Shown in pieces: positions 35,401 through 43,740 of a DNA stretch of 64,000 nt (the first letter of the stretch is position 1; each line of letters begins with the position of its first letter). Position numbers and translations under genes: made by a program. This DNA comes from Antedon mediterranea (Eukaryota; Animalia; Echinodermata): the NCBI RefSeq assembly GCF_964355755.1, contig NC_092677.1:16142101-16206100 (forward strand), in the 5' to 3' direction. The notes under the pieces were generated by a model, which was not told the origin of the DNA, did not search any database, and saw nothing but the letters and a program-made list of their open reading frames with translations.

Positions 35401-37346
35401 ATGCAAATAAATAAAAAGTTTGGTTTATAAGCTACTGCATCTGATTTCTAAGAGTCTTCTGGTGGATTTAAATAAAAAATTGGCCTAAATGTAACTGAAA
35501 TGAAATTCTTGTTTAGGTAATAGCTGCCACAAAATGCTTGTAGGTGTACTTAAGTGTTTTTAAGAATAGTTCGAGAAGACCTTCTCTTACAAGAGAAACA
35601 TAGTTGTCTTCAATGAATATTTTTAAAAGCTATTTTTCGCTTCCACAGAGCACTTGGTCCCGAGTATGCTGTTGTAGAGAAATCAGAGAGCCCAAACTGT
35701 AGCCTACATGGAATACACGTCCTCATGCCTAGCAACAGCAAAGAAGATCCTTTAAACATTGAGCCATATGCATCTACTTCCCTAATACAAGCAAGATACC
35801 TCCACCAGCAGCAACAAGCTCAAAGATTGTCTGAAAACTCTCTAAACAGATCAGGTCCAAAAGCTCCATGGCATGGGGAAGTTATTAATAATGGATACAG
35901 TAGCAGTGATGGGTCTGGGGCACTTCCTCCAGCCCCTCCTCCACCTCCTGATAGATGTATAGTGGGTAAGTATCTTAGATGGCCTGATGGAAGAACATTG
36001 ACCATCCAGAATTTTGGTTTGGTAATAAAAGTGTAGACAAGATAATTTATTGATTTCTGTTCTTGTTTTGTAGACAGAATGCAACATGTTCCTGGGGGAT
36101 TTCCAAAACCAATCGAGAATAATTCCTGTACTCCCTATCAAATGAGGGCATCATCACCTTGTAATACGTGCCAAAAACCAGCCAGGCCTGCCGTTCACAT
36201 AACAACAAATCCGCTTGCTTCCAGAAACATAACCTTCCATGGTGGCGTACCTCATTTACCATACACACCGGCAGCTACGACGACGGATCATTCTCCTACG
36301 CCACCCAATCGACAGTGGGCACTATCGTCTGCAGATTCCTGTTCTGATAATAACCCAAGTCCACCTTGCGATCAGTTAAAGGACAGGTTCCAAATGTCAG
36401 GATCACCAGATCCCTACAAGAGCCAACTAAATGATCTGTCATCCCTTCAAAGCTACCAGGTGTCTCCTATGCAACAGAGCTTGCCATTACATAAGTACTT
36501 AACACAACAACAACAACAGCAATTACTACTGGAACAAGAGGAACAGCAGATGCTGCAGCAACAGCAACAAAACCATCCTCAACAGCAACAGCAACATCCG
36601 CATCCGCAACAATATCAGCATCAACAACATCATCAACGACCACAAGAACAGCAACCTACTTACCCCCCTCCAGGTAATTCTAGACTATTTACTATTATTC
36701 AATTTGTTGCAATTAACAGCCTAAAATTTGGTACCAACTTAAAATTAGCACTTTAAAAGAAATGATTTTGAAATAATCTTGTTTTTTTTTTAGATCACGA
36801 GTGTGAAGATATAGATTTTGAAAAAGTTAATCCAGAGTTAGATTCCATTAGTATGTGTACAGGTAAACTAATTTTCATTCAATTATTTGTTTTCCATTGC
36901 TTATTTTAACACATTTTAAAAGAAATATAACATATGATTGGATGTTGGATGTTTTATGAATAAAGATCGTATAGGTTCCTCCTATTGTTTGGTCTACACT
37001 TTCCAATGATCTTGTCCTTTCCTTTAAGATTTACTTTTACTATTAGACCTTTACTTTCATTCCTATGCATGTGATATTTGACATTCATTTTCGCATCAGA
37101 GCCCTCTGGCCCATTTAACTACCTTTGGTCCAGGTTAGTAATGGAATGCTACACTAAACTTTTGTTTTTGTTGCAGATTCTATAGTAACTTCTTGCACCT
37201 CCGGCAGCAGTAGCATGCACCACAGTAGAGAAAGCCTAGACTCTGATGGTTCATATTTTTCAGATGTACCCAACATAACTTCCATTCCACAAATACTCAA
37301 CGACCGTTCTCCGTCGATCTCCAAAACATCATCCTCCATCACATAA
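11281..37346 (+). CDS. robo: Roundabout (Robo) Slit receptor, 5'-partial; 22 coding exons (~1360 codons): Ig2-Ig5, 4 FN3, TM, cytoplasmic CC motifs
   Basis: All exons have AG/GT borders with mutually compatible phases. MRDDFR..LECTPPRANPTP matches Robo Ig2; CC1-like EPYASTSLI, CC2-like LPPAPPPPP and a C-terminal SDGSYFSD motif are present. Signal peptide and Ig1 were not found in the window. Confidence 0.92.
12439..12575 (+). mobile_element. Harbinger-type MITE fragment
   Basis: TAA|AGCTCTGTCTACACTATCAAACTAGTTTGACAAAAAAGTG; reverse-complement copy at 29325-29439. Confidence 0.6.
12790..13330 (-). mobile_element. 3' fragment of a LINE (Rex1/L2/CR1 group)
   Basis: Minus-strand remnant ..NRSGIRLRPPKANLCRTRKSFL.. 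resembles a LINE ORF2 C-terminus, followed by AATAAA and a (CTTGAAT)-like short repeat tail. Confidence 0.5.
13583..13673 (+). CDS. robo: Robo exon: Ig2 C-half
   Basis: ctgtag|VRAVDEGEYVCIATNMAETKRSRAVVLLVS|gtaagt. Confidence 0.9.
14907..15045 (+). CDS. robo: Robo exon: Ig3 N-half
   Basis: aacag|GPDFLIVPEDTVATVGETVKLECQADGQPLPAISWSR..|gtgggt. Confidence 0.9.
16008..16582 (+). repeat. 187-bp tandem repeat (3 copies)
   Basis: TGTAAGACTTTAGGTTTAGAACTTCTG recurs with period 187 (also seen as repeated ORFs in the track). Confidence 0.93.
17575..17702 (+). CDS. robo: Robo exon: Ig3 C-half
   Basis: attag|VAVLEDNSLRIRDATIADSGTYVCTAQSQVGKKSKQAIIKIV|gtaagt. Confidence 0.9.
18939..19063 (+). CDS. robo: Robo exon: Ig4 N-half
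   Basis: ttatag|SIDFLTEPVDVTVNENGVTSFQCVANGNPKPTVFWQKDGVG|gtatgt. Confidence 0.9.
19129..19411. mobile_element. Kolobok-like MITE (TTAA TSD)
   Basis: TTAA|AGATGTATTGTC ... GAAAATATATCT|TTAA; imperfect TIRs starting AG. Confidence 0.5.
19807..19966 (+). CDS. robo: Robo exon: Ig4 C-half
   Basis: ttacag|DLFMFPGQNYNRYSVLEDGTLTIVRVQTSDEGRYVCSAVG..AYLTVE|gtatgt. Confidence 0.92.
22874..23030 (+). CDS. robo: Robo exon: Ig5 N-half
   Basis: ttttag|VIDSYPPVIDIGVVNQTLTVGENAMLPCQVISTDQTNILWLKNN..|gtaagg. Confidence 0.9.
23485..23740 (-). mobile_element. Degenerate SINE/L2-tail fragment
   Basis: Minus strand TGTAAAGCACC..GGCGCTATATATAAATAC followed by an (ATT)n tail, typical of L2-mobilised 3' ends. 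Confidence 0.45.
25278..25405 (+). CDS. robo: Robo exon: Ig5 C-half
   Basis: ttaaag|ITQLDSGTLQISALHSTDSALYTCVATRSSYQTKWNATLLVI|gtgatt. Confidence 0.9.
26100..26294 (+). CDS. robo: Robo exon: FN3-1 N-half
   Basis: atcag|..KMPPEKDLPSSPRQLIVNNITGSSALLSWQQPVNSGGSVISHYRLDYF..|gtgaaa. Confidence 0.9.
26372..26635 (+). mobile_element. Degenerate tRNA-derived SINE (same head/core as 39495-39806)
   Basis: GTGAGTGGCCAAGAGGTTAAGACAGTGGAAC..CATGGTGCTGGTGGTAGAAC..GTAGGTCTAGTGTACACA..GAGACGAGTAGGGTTAACC aligns with the minus-strand copy. Confidence 0.7.
27081..27233 (+). CDS. robo: Robo exon: FN3-1 C-half
   Basis: ttctag|GWMVLLDRIPASPVHVYNLRHLTSYRFIVRAANVQGFGKPSEVSQPIATL|gtacgt. Confidence 0.92.
27484..27665. 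mobile_element. Inverted pair of Penelope-like pLTR ends
   Basis: GATATAAAGTTTGTGGTACACCAC..GAACTGTTGAGT is the inverted complement of ACTCAACAGTTC..GTGGTGTAACTGCAAACTTTATATC; same family as 33133-33485. Confidence 0.55.
27733..27860 (+). CDS. robo: Robo exon: FN3-2a N-part
   Basis: cttcag|SHVTPQPRVTLPISPQMKLNMAGVSIVEVQVLSSTAVKLIWQ|gtaaag. Confidence 0.85.
29325..29439 (-). mobile_element. Harbinger-type MITE fragment
   Basis: CATATCACTACCATATTT..TTGTCAAACTAGTTTGATAATGTAGACAGAGCT|TTA; reverse complement of 12439-12500. Confidence 0.6.
29948..30164 (+). CDS. robo: Robo exon: FN3-2a C-part
   Basis: tgacag|VERYQEYIEGFYISYR..ITELTPATHFTFTIKPFHQQEIGLETPPFTVSTLKH|gtacgt. Confidence 0.9.
30571..30692 (+). 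CDS. robo: Robo exon: FN3-2b N-part
   Basis: ttatag|DELPREIGGDDVLQEKLNQCEIRLRTVEPVSTTSFKVLWR|gtgagt. Confidence 0.88.
30890..31430 (+). repeat. ~20-22-bp minisatellite (AATGTTATCTTTTTCTTCCTAA)n
   Basis: Directly visible pyrimidine-rich tandem repeat in the intron that splits FN3-2b. Confidence 0.9.
31598..31820 (+). CDS. robo: Robo exon: FN3-2b C-part
   Basis: ataaag|LQNDVCKDYIDGYHIKYY..IHNLDPDSTYHVSVLPFNGKQLGKGSDVKEVTFIST|gtatgt. Confidence 0.9.
32294..32509. mobile_element. Harbinger-type MITE
   Basis: AGCTAAGTTCACACTAG ... CTAGTGGGAACTAAGTCT imperfect TIRs in TAA/TTA context. Confidence 0.45.
32733..33080 (+). CDS. robo: Robo exon: membrane-proximal FN3
   Basis: ..DGLPIGVRVHVKSSETISVEWKPP..DLEPGMTYTILVAAR..IGPPSTVTIQL|gtaaga; two in-frame acceptors (32733, 32751). 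Confidence 0.9.
33133..33485 (+). mobile_element. Penelope-like pLTR remnant with inverted 5' partial copy and degenerate hammerhead motif
   Basis: 33133-33178 is the inverted complement of 33407-33453; hammerhead-like core at 33358-33397. Confidence 0.6.
33944..34108 (+). CDS. robo: Robo exon: transmembrane segment
   Basis: PLFIGILGGVISILAIVILTFWFL followed by the basic stop-transfer KQKRKKK; tttcag| ... |gtaaat. Confidence 0.93.
34827..34958 (+). CDS. robo: Robo cytoplasmic exon
   Basis: tttcag|VFTSCDGDGNCSIYKPAVSQ..WNSHSWQRTQVDNQ|gtaaga; open frame, phase 1/1. Confidence 0.7.
35077..35209 (+). CDS. robo: Robo cytoplasmic exon
   Basis: ttctag|YTVNTYGFHSNCDHPVPHDCS..HRRMQKP|gtaagt; phase 1/2, required to join the next exon in frame. 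Confidence 0.72.
35649..35965 (+). CDS. robo: Robo cytoplasmic exon with CC0/CC1/CC2-like motifs
   Basis: ccacag|ALGPEYAVVE..EPYASTSLI..LPPAPPPPP..|gtaagt. Confidence 0.88.
36074..36673 (+). CDS. robo: Robo cytoplasmic exon, Pro/Ser-rich with Gln-rich tract
   Basis: ttgtag|DRMQHVPGG..QQQQQQLLLEQEEQQMLQQQQQ..TYPPP|gtaatt; 600 nt open. Confidence 0.85.
36794..36862 (+). CDS. robo: Robo cytoplasmic exon
   Basis: (t)n-tag|HECEDIDFEKVNPELDSISMCT|gtaaac; phase 1/1. Confidence 0.72.
37177..37346 (+). CDS. robo: Robo terminal coding exon
   Basis: ttgcag|SIVTSCTSGSSS..SLDSDGSYFSDVP..SSSIT-TAA; SDGSxFxD resembles the vertebrate Robo C-terminal motif. Confidence 0.82.
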
Positions 37347-39494
37347 CTCTGGAACAGAAAAAGTTGTCAATTCCACCAAGACAATCTAACAAAAGGACAC
37401 TGAGCTCACCTTTCTAACATAAGAACTCGTAACAGTCCTTTGATCTTATGTCTGGCTGCAACAAGTACCAACAGTACTGTACTATGTACATATTCTCTGC
37501 AGTGTGCGGTGTCTGTTAAGGGTGTGGAACTGATTGTGTCGCAGCCACAAATAAACCATTTGATCTCCGGAGCTCAGCATCCTGTTGTTACCTTGCTTCC
37601 ACCGATATAAAGTAAATTAATTGTGATAAGTTTTGATCAAATCTATTTTATAGATTATTTATGATTGTAAAGAATTATTGTATGAAAAAAATTGTATTAA
37701 TATTATATTATATTGTTTATATATGAAAATTTTGATTTTATAACAACTTTTATGTTTTATTGAAGGTACATAAAAACGAGGTATTTATTAAATTATCTGG
37801 CATTAAGAATGTAAAATTATTTTTAGAAATGTTAATTTCTTTTAGGCGTAGCCTTCGGTCAAAAATCCAATATTAGAACCGTTGATTTTCTCGGAAGATC
37901 TTTTTACTTCACAGAAAATTACACAAACTGACTGTGGTGTACAATGCATATTAGTACTTCTGTTTTATCAGAGAATTGTGAAATTACACTCTTACCTGGT
38001 TATATATACAGCATACAGCATATTTAAGAGCGTATATTGAGATTTAAAAAAAGAATATGGACATTTATAAAAATGTTTGTAAGATATGTTAAACTGAAAA
38101 ATAAGCCCACAAAATACTTATCTAAAGGTATTTATTATCGTCCTAAAGCGTAACTAGAATCTATGGATTAGACCATCTACAGACCATGGCAGCCAGCAGC
38201 TTCACGTCAAATCTGAAGGACGAGTCAATGAGACTATAAAGCATCTTAATTGCCTAAAGTATACAATCAATATGGCACAGATTAAACCATGGAGAAATAA
38301 AACTTATTTCTCCATGCTTGAACTCATGCCTATCACATGCTAGTCCAATTACTTTATCATTACACCATCACTCTCTGGTATATATAGGACATGATATTCA
38401 CAGAAAGTCTCCTAAGAATTCAACCAGGCCTAAACGTTTATAATTGGGTGATCTGACGAGAATCAATGTTTCAACGCAGTATAGCCGTATAATAGAGAAA
38501 GAGCATATGGACATACTGTATGTTGAAAATATTTTATTTTGAAAAAATATATATGCAAGTATTTTTGCATAGTCTAACATAACTATGACATACAGTACAG
38601 ATAAATTACACACACATGAAATCAACGTTTACTCTATGTAACATGGTCAGTAGACATTTGTACAATAGTAATCAAGATAAAATTATTATAAAAATCATAA
38701 TACCACAGTAATAATTATGGTATAGTATTATAATTATAATTAATCTTTAAAGGCACTAATTGTTAATTGCTTTTTTGTATCTTAGCAACCAGGCACTGTG
38801 CTTCTGTACCACATTGCGAATCTATGGTAAAAACCAAGTGTTTGTAAGCAAGTGTCCCAAAGATAATACAGACCCTGTATCACATTTAAAAATGACACAT
38901 CTCAGAATAAAAAATCAAATATATATTTAATAAAGTTATATTATATCTTCACCTAAGTATGGCATGCAGCGAAGCATTGAACGTTTATGCAAAAGAAAAC
39001 CAGGGCGAGATAAAAACTAAGCTACATTTTACTGGGATTATTAAAATGTTTATTTAAACCAAGTGTACTATTGCAAGAAAAAATGCTATAAAATAATTGA
39101 ATATTTTAGGCTAATGGGATCTTATTTGCATAAAAATGTTACAAAGTGTTTATTAAGCAGTTCATACCTGCTGCATGATGATAGATGCATAGATGCTCAT
39201 ACTCCAACTTTAGATTTAGTCGAGGTTCTCATGATATGAAACTCCTGCAAAGGTTTTCTGTCCAAGTTTGTCAACTGGTTTACACTAGCAAACTTAAATT
39301 GTTAGGCCTACCTTGAACTGATAAAATTCCTGTCGATCGATCGAAACGATTCCACTCAAGAAAAATTAACCGATAATTATCTCAATCAAATCATATATTT
39401 TTTAACCTTTGACCTAAAGGACAAATTGTTGCATTGTGATTTGGCATTTGGTTGTTCGGTAATGTCTGATCATGCGCACTTATTTTTTTATTAA

Positions 39495-39806
39495 TTGTTT
39501 GTTTGTTTTATCTTTATACTGGGTGACCTCTTCAGTCAAAGACTGATCTCCCAGAGGGCCCAGTTGGTGATCAGTGGCTGTGATGTACTAATACACCGGG
39601 GTAACCCCCTACTCGTCTCGAAAGATGTACTAGGTTCTTTAAAGTGCACACGGGCAAGTTGTGTACACTGGACCTACGGTTTATAGTCCTTATCCGAGAA
39701 GACTCGTTCTACCACCAGAACCATGGAGTGAGTGAGCCTTGAACCCCTGCCGATGTTATGGCTACGTGATTACGGTTCCACTGTCTTAACCGCTCGGCCA
39801 CTCACT
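39495..39806 (-). mobile_element. Full-length tRNA-derived SINE with Deu/Nin-type core
   Basis: Minus strand: A-box GTGGCCGAGCGG, B-box-like GGTTCAAGGCT, core CGGATAAGGACTATAAACCG..CACTTTAAAGAACC..GAGTAGGGGGTTACCCCGGTGT (resembles the Deu/Nin domain), (AAAC)n tail. Confidence 0.8.
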
Positions 39807-40227
39807 TAATTTTTGATTGGTTAAAAAATTAACTGATAATTTTGTTATGACTGTGGAAGCACGGAATAATACAAGCAGTCGGCTCTTCCTAAACTGGACA
39901 TTAATGTGCTGCTTCAGAAAGTCTGGTTCATTTTGAACAAAAAACAATATGTGAGAAAGGTATTAAGAATTTGCTGTTTTAGGAAAGTTGATGGTACAGC
40001 ATCTAAAGCATATTTTTACAGATGGATGCTTTTGTAATTATTTTGTATGATATTGAAAAGGACAACCAGTAGGGAAACTTGCAATAGATAGTTTAGTGTT
40101 TTAAAACCCTGTTCAGTATATATTCTTTCAAATTTATCTGTTTAAATATGTTATTTATGTTAAGTGCAAGATAAAATAAAAATCCTGCTTATTGAATGAA
40201 ATGTTGACAAATTATTTTCTTTAGTAT

Positions 40228-40464
40228 AGCTGCTTTCACATTGCTCCTGGATTCGGTCTGGTGGCCTGAGAAAAATAGGTTCAGTAGTAAAGATTGTTCA
40301 CAACAAATCCGTACCGATGGAAATAAGAAGCCATTTGTTGGCTGAAATCCTATGATTTTTTTCTTTTGTCCAATCAGCAGTGAGCATGAATGACCTCACT
40401 TGACAACGCATTTTTTTTCAGGGTTGCCATACCGAATCGATCCGGGTGCAATGTAAAAGTAGCT
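40228..40464. mobile_element. Harbinger-type MITE
   Basis: AGCTGCTTTCACATTGCTCC ... GGTGCAATGTAAAAGTAGCT|TAA imperfect TIRs extending ~45 bp. Confidence 0.6.
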
Positions 40465-41622
40465 TAATACCGAGTTATTAGTTGTTTTGGCCATTATATC
40501 CGCTTTAAATTAATTATTAAATAATAGACCTTATTCTCTGCTGCAGAGAATATCTTTTAAATACTATTCTACATGGTCCGTCTACTACGTTAGGAGGCCA
40601 TCAACACAATAAACCGTACCTGTACAGTAATTAGACATTTTATATTGGTATGGAAAATAGTACAGTATTTCTATTGGCACAGTTAACCATGCATCAAGTT
40701 CATTTTCCTGTATAGTATAGAAGTGGTTCATTTCATGAACTAGATGCACAGGTTTTTTGCCATGCCGATAGAAAGTAATATACACATGCCGACTGTGACT
40801 TCTCTATTCCATACAAGTTCTAGTTCAAAGAGGTTTATGGAAAAGTATTTATCTACAGAATAATCAGTGAAAAAGTCGCACTGCAAATTTATACTATATC
40901 TTACAAATTGTTTATTTCCAACTTTCTCACAAATCTCTCTTTAAAAATAACACTGATACATATATAGAATGGAACAATAATTAAATTAGTGTATAGCTTT
41001 TAGTGGTTATGAAATTAACAAAGAACTGATTTTAGAATTCCAGATTGCCAACTGCGATATTAAAGTATATATACAGTACCACTAGGTTGAACAGACCCCT
41101 ACATAAAACAATTAAAACTAAAATAAATGTACATGCCTTTACATAGTGTTAACACTCTCGAATAATCATTGCAGTGCTTTGTATGGCAATGTACTGCAAT
41201 GACTAAACGAGTACATTACCATTACTTGACTCTCTGTTTATATCCTGATTAGGCATACATAACAAAAAAAATGTATTACATTATATGCAGATATTTTAAT
41301 TGATGGTAACTATTAGACTGGCACATTATACTCCCATTGTATGAGTATTTAAAAATAAAACTCACTGCTACCTGTCCAAGAACAAGTCTTTAATACCACC
41401 TCAAAATTAGACCCATCGTTTGGTAGTTGTCTAGAGAGATGGGTCAGAATCGGAAGAACACATTGGGATGATATCAATCGTATCAAGAATGGTAACATTC
41501 CATTTGCCTCACTTAAAGCGGTCACATAAGTTTAGGGCAAGTGGAATCGCATTTTTCCATAGCCACAATGCATGGTAAGAAGGCTGTTCATTGTTCATAA
41601 AGTTCAATTGCAAAACATGTCA

Positions 41623-42701
41623 CTATCGCCTCTGTGGAGGTGGTGCACGCATTGGTGGTCGCATTCCCATTGGTGGCATTCCTCTGCCCATAGGTGGTGG
41701 CATCCTACCACCAGGCATCATTCCTGGTCCTCCCATTGGTGGTCTCATGGGTGGTCTTCCAACAAATCCTGGGGGACCTATAAAAATGATAAAATAAAGA
41801 TTAGTTGACATGTCATACAGTAATTGAAAAATGAATACTGCTTTAAAAATCATCGCGTTTATCCGAATAGAAACGTAATAAACAGTTTCTTACCTGGCGC
41901 CCTCTGTGGTGCCATCATGCTTTGAGCTGGTCCGCCAACACCTCTTACTGGTCCTGAAAGACCAGCTGGTGCAGCTGAATGATGTGGATGTGTAGGAACC
42001 CCTCTACCTGCCGCTCTTCCCATTCCTGGTCCTCTACCGCCTCCTGCAACTGGCACACGCGGCCCTTTATCTTTCACTGGCGGCCCTTCAACAGTCATAG
42101 AAACTAAGTGTTCGCCTCGTAGTAATACAAGACCTAGAACCCTCTTCTCTTCCCTGTCAGATGATTTTGCCTTTGCCCGTACTTTCCTGAATTCTTCACA
42201 ATCACCAAGGATGACGTTCATGTGTTTGTCGAATGCGAGGAATGTACCAATGAAGATGCGGCCATCTTGGAGGACAACACGCATCCTGTAATTAATGTGT
42301 TGAATCATCTTGTTACTTTTGCCCTGCACCTAAAAAATACAAAAAAAAGTATGGTTAAAAATAAATAACATCATTTTAACATCTAAAAAATATGCTAACT
42401 AGGCCTACCACCATTGACATTGTAATGGTGGAATATTAAGCTATATGATAAATGTAGGTACAGTAGTACAAATTTACAAACAAGTCGGCTTGCCTAACTT
42501 AGCCTAGGCCTAGTAGGAGGCTTAACCCTGTCCAGAGGCTTAGCACAGCCCGGTTAAGCTGATCAAACCGGCTTGGTAAAAGTGGCCTAGGTAGCCCTCA
42601 GAATCGGATAGAATATTACAGAATAGTTGATAGTTCCATAAAAATAAACCCACTGAAATAGGTTGTAATATATAACAAACAAATTAACACATTATTACCA
42701 T
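41623..42701 (-). CDS. SNRPB: Small nuclear ribonucleoprotein-associated protein B (SmB), 197 aa; exons 42701-42699 (ATG only), 42329-41894, 41777-41623
   Basis: [70 protein letters not shown] Sm fold, GRG repeats and PPMGMRPP tail; canonical GT-AG introns; ATG-only first coding exon as in vertebrate SNRPB. Confidence 0.97.
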
Positions 42702-42729
42702 GTTTGCAAATTTGATGCCTTCCGATTTT

Positions 42730-42935
42730 CAAGATATAAAATACAAACTACTGTACTTGCTTCTCACACACGACACCACCAACAACACCGGTTTTTCATA
42801 AACAACGTAGAGGCAACGCGCTGTACAACATCCAATCAAAAGGTATCTTTTATACCTAGATGGTTTGTAAAACGTGTTGTCATTGGTTGGTAAAGAAATT
42901 TCCCACACGCCACTTCTACAAATGTCTGCGGCCGC
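42730..42935. promoter_or_regulatory. Probable bidirectional promoter upstream of SNRPB
   Basis: CpG-retaining segment with CCAAT boxes in opposite orientations (CCAATC ~42832, ATTGG ~42882), flanked on both sides by donor sites and TAGGCCTA-rich introns. Confidence 0.5.
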
Positions 42936-43020
42936 TAAAAAAATTATTCTTGCAGGTTTATACTGCATTTGACATGGTTATACAATTGAAGAGTATAAAT
43001 TGCGTACAAAAATAATTATA

Positions 43021-43050
43021 ATGGAAGACCAGTTTGAACCTTACGATGCG
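43021..43050 (+). CDS. Putative first coding exon of an unidentified divergent gene (MEDQFEPYDA)
   Basis: ATAATGG Kozak-like start, 10 codons, GTATGT donor; head-to-head with SNRPB; no downstream exon visible in the window. Confidence 0.35.
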
Positions 43051-43573
43051 GTATGTATTTATTTGTTATATAAACTAGAAATAATAAGTAACATTTCCTA
43101 GGCCGGTGTCGCCTCGGTGACTTGTTTTTTAGAATATCATTCACTGTATGCATCCATATGGATGGACTGTGTGGTGGTGGACGGGCGCTGCTGCCGCTTG
43201 TATTGACCGTGCCTAGGCCTAGGTTACACCAAAGAATATATAGAACAAGAATGAGTAATCCGTGGTTTTCCCTGTAACAGTGATTTATATAATAAGTCAG
43301 GGTATATACAACTTTTTGTGATGGTGACTTGTTTTTTAGAATATTATATAGGCCTATATCAATTATCATTAGGCCTAGCCTAGTAGCAGGCTAATTTGTT
43401 CAACATGCATGGAGTAAATTAGTAAAGTAAAGAATTATTATTCTTTACTCCATGATTTGTCATAATAACGAACTGGCTGCCTCTACGCGCCTAGTCGTAA
43501 ATCCAATCCTGATTCTTTTCTATATTCATCTACTGTGCCTGTGTTTACGTGTTTTCACAAAGGATAGTTTGAT

Positions 43574-43740
43574 ACCGGCGTGAAGTTGGTTACTTATTCC
43601 TTATTCGATATTCAATTTTTTTTGTGAAGTTGGATCCTTATTCGACATTCACATTCACATGTATGGGGCGCAATGTGTAATAATATTTTAATTAAATGAT
43701 TTTATACTTACGGCTTAGATTAACTAGGGCTATGATTTAT
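43574..43740 (+). repeat. Left unique terminal inverted repeat
   Basis: Reverse complement of 63778-63944 with one small local difference (CAATGTGTAATAATA vs CAATATGTGTAATA). Confidence 0.93.

Noticed and set aside
41572-41808. Plus-strand Trp/His- and Gly/Pro-rich ORFs
   Set aside because: Antisense shadows of the SNRPB proline-rich last exon.
43116-43350. ~23-bp direct repeat GGTGACTTGTTTTTT(T)AGAATAT as a TSD of an insertion
   Set aside because: The enclosed ~185 bp has no tail, TIR or Pol III boxes; more likely a small local duplication.
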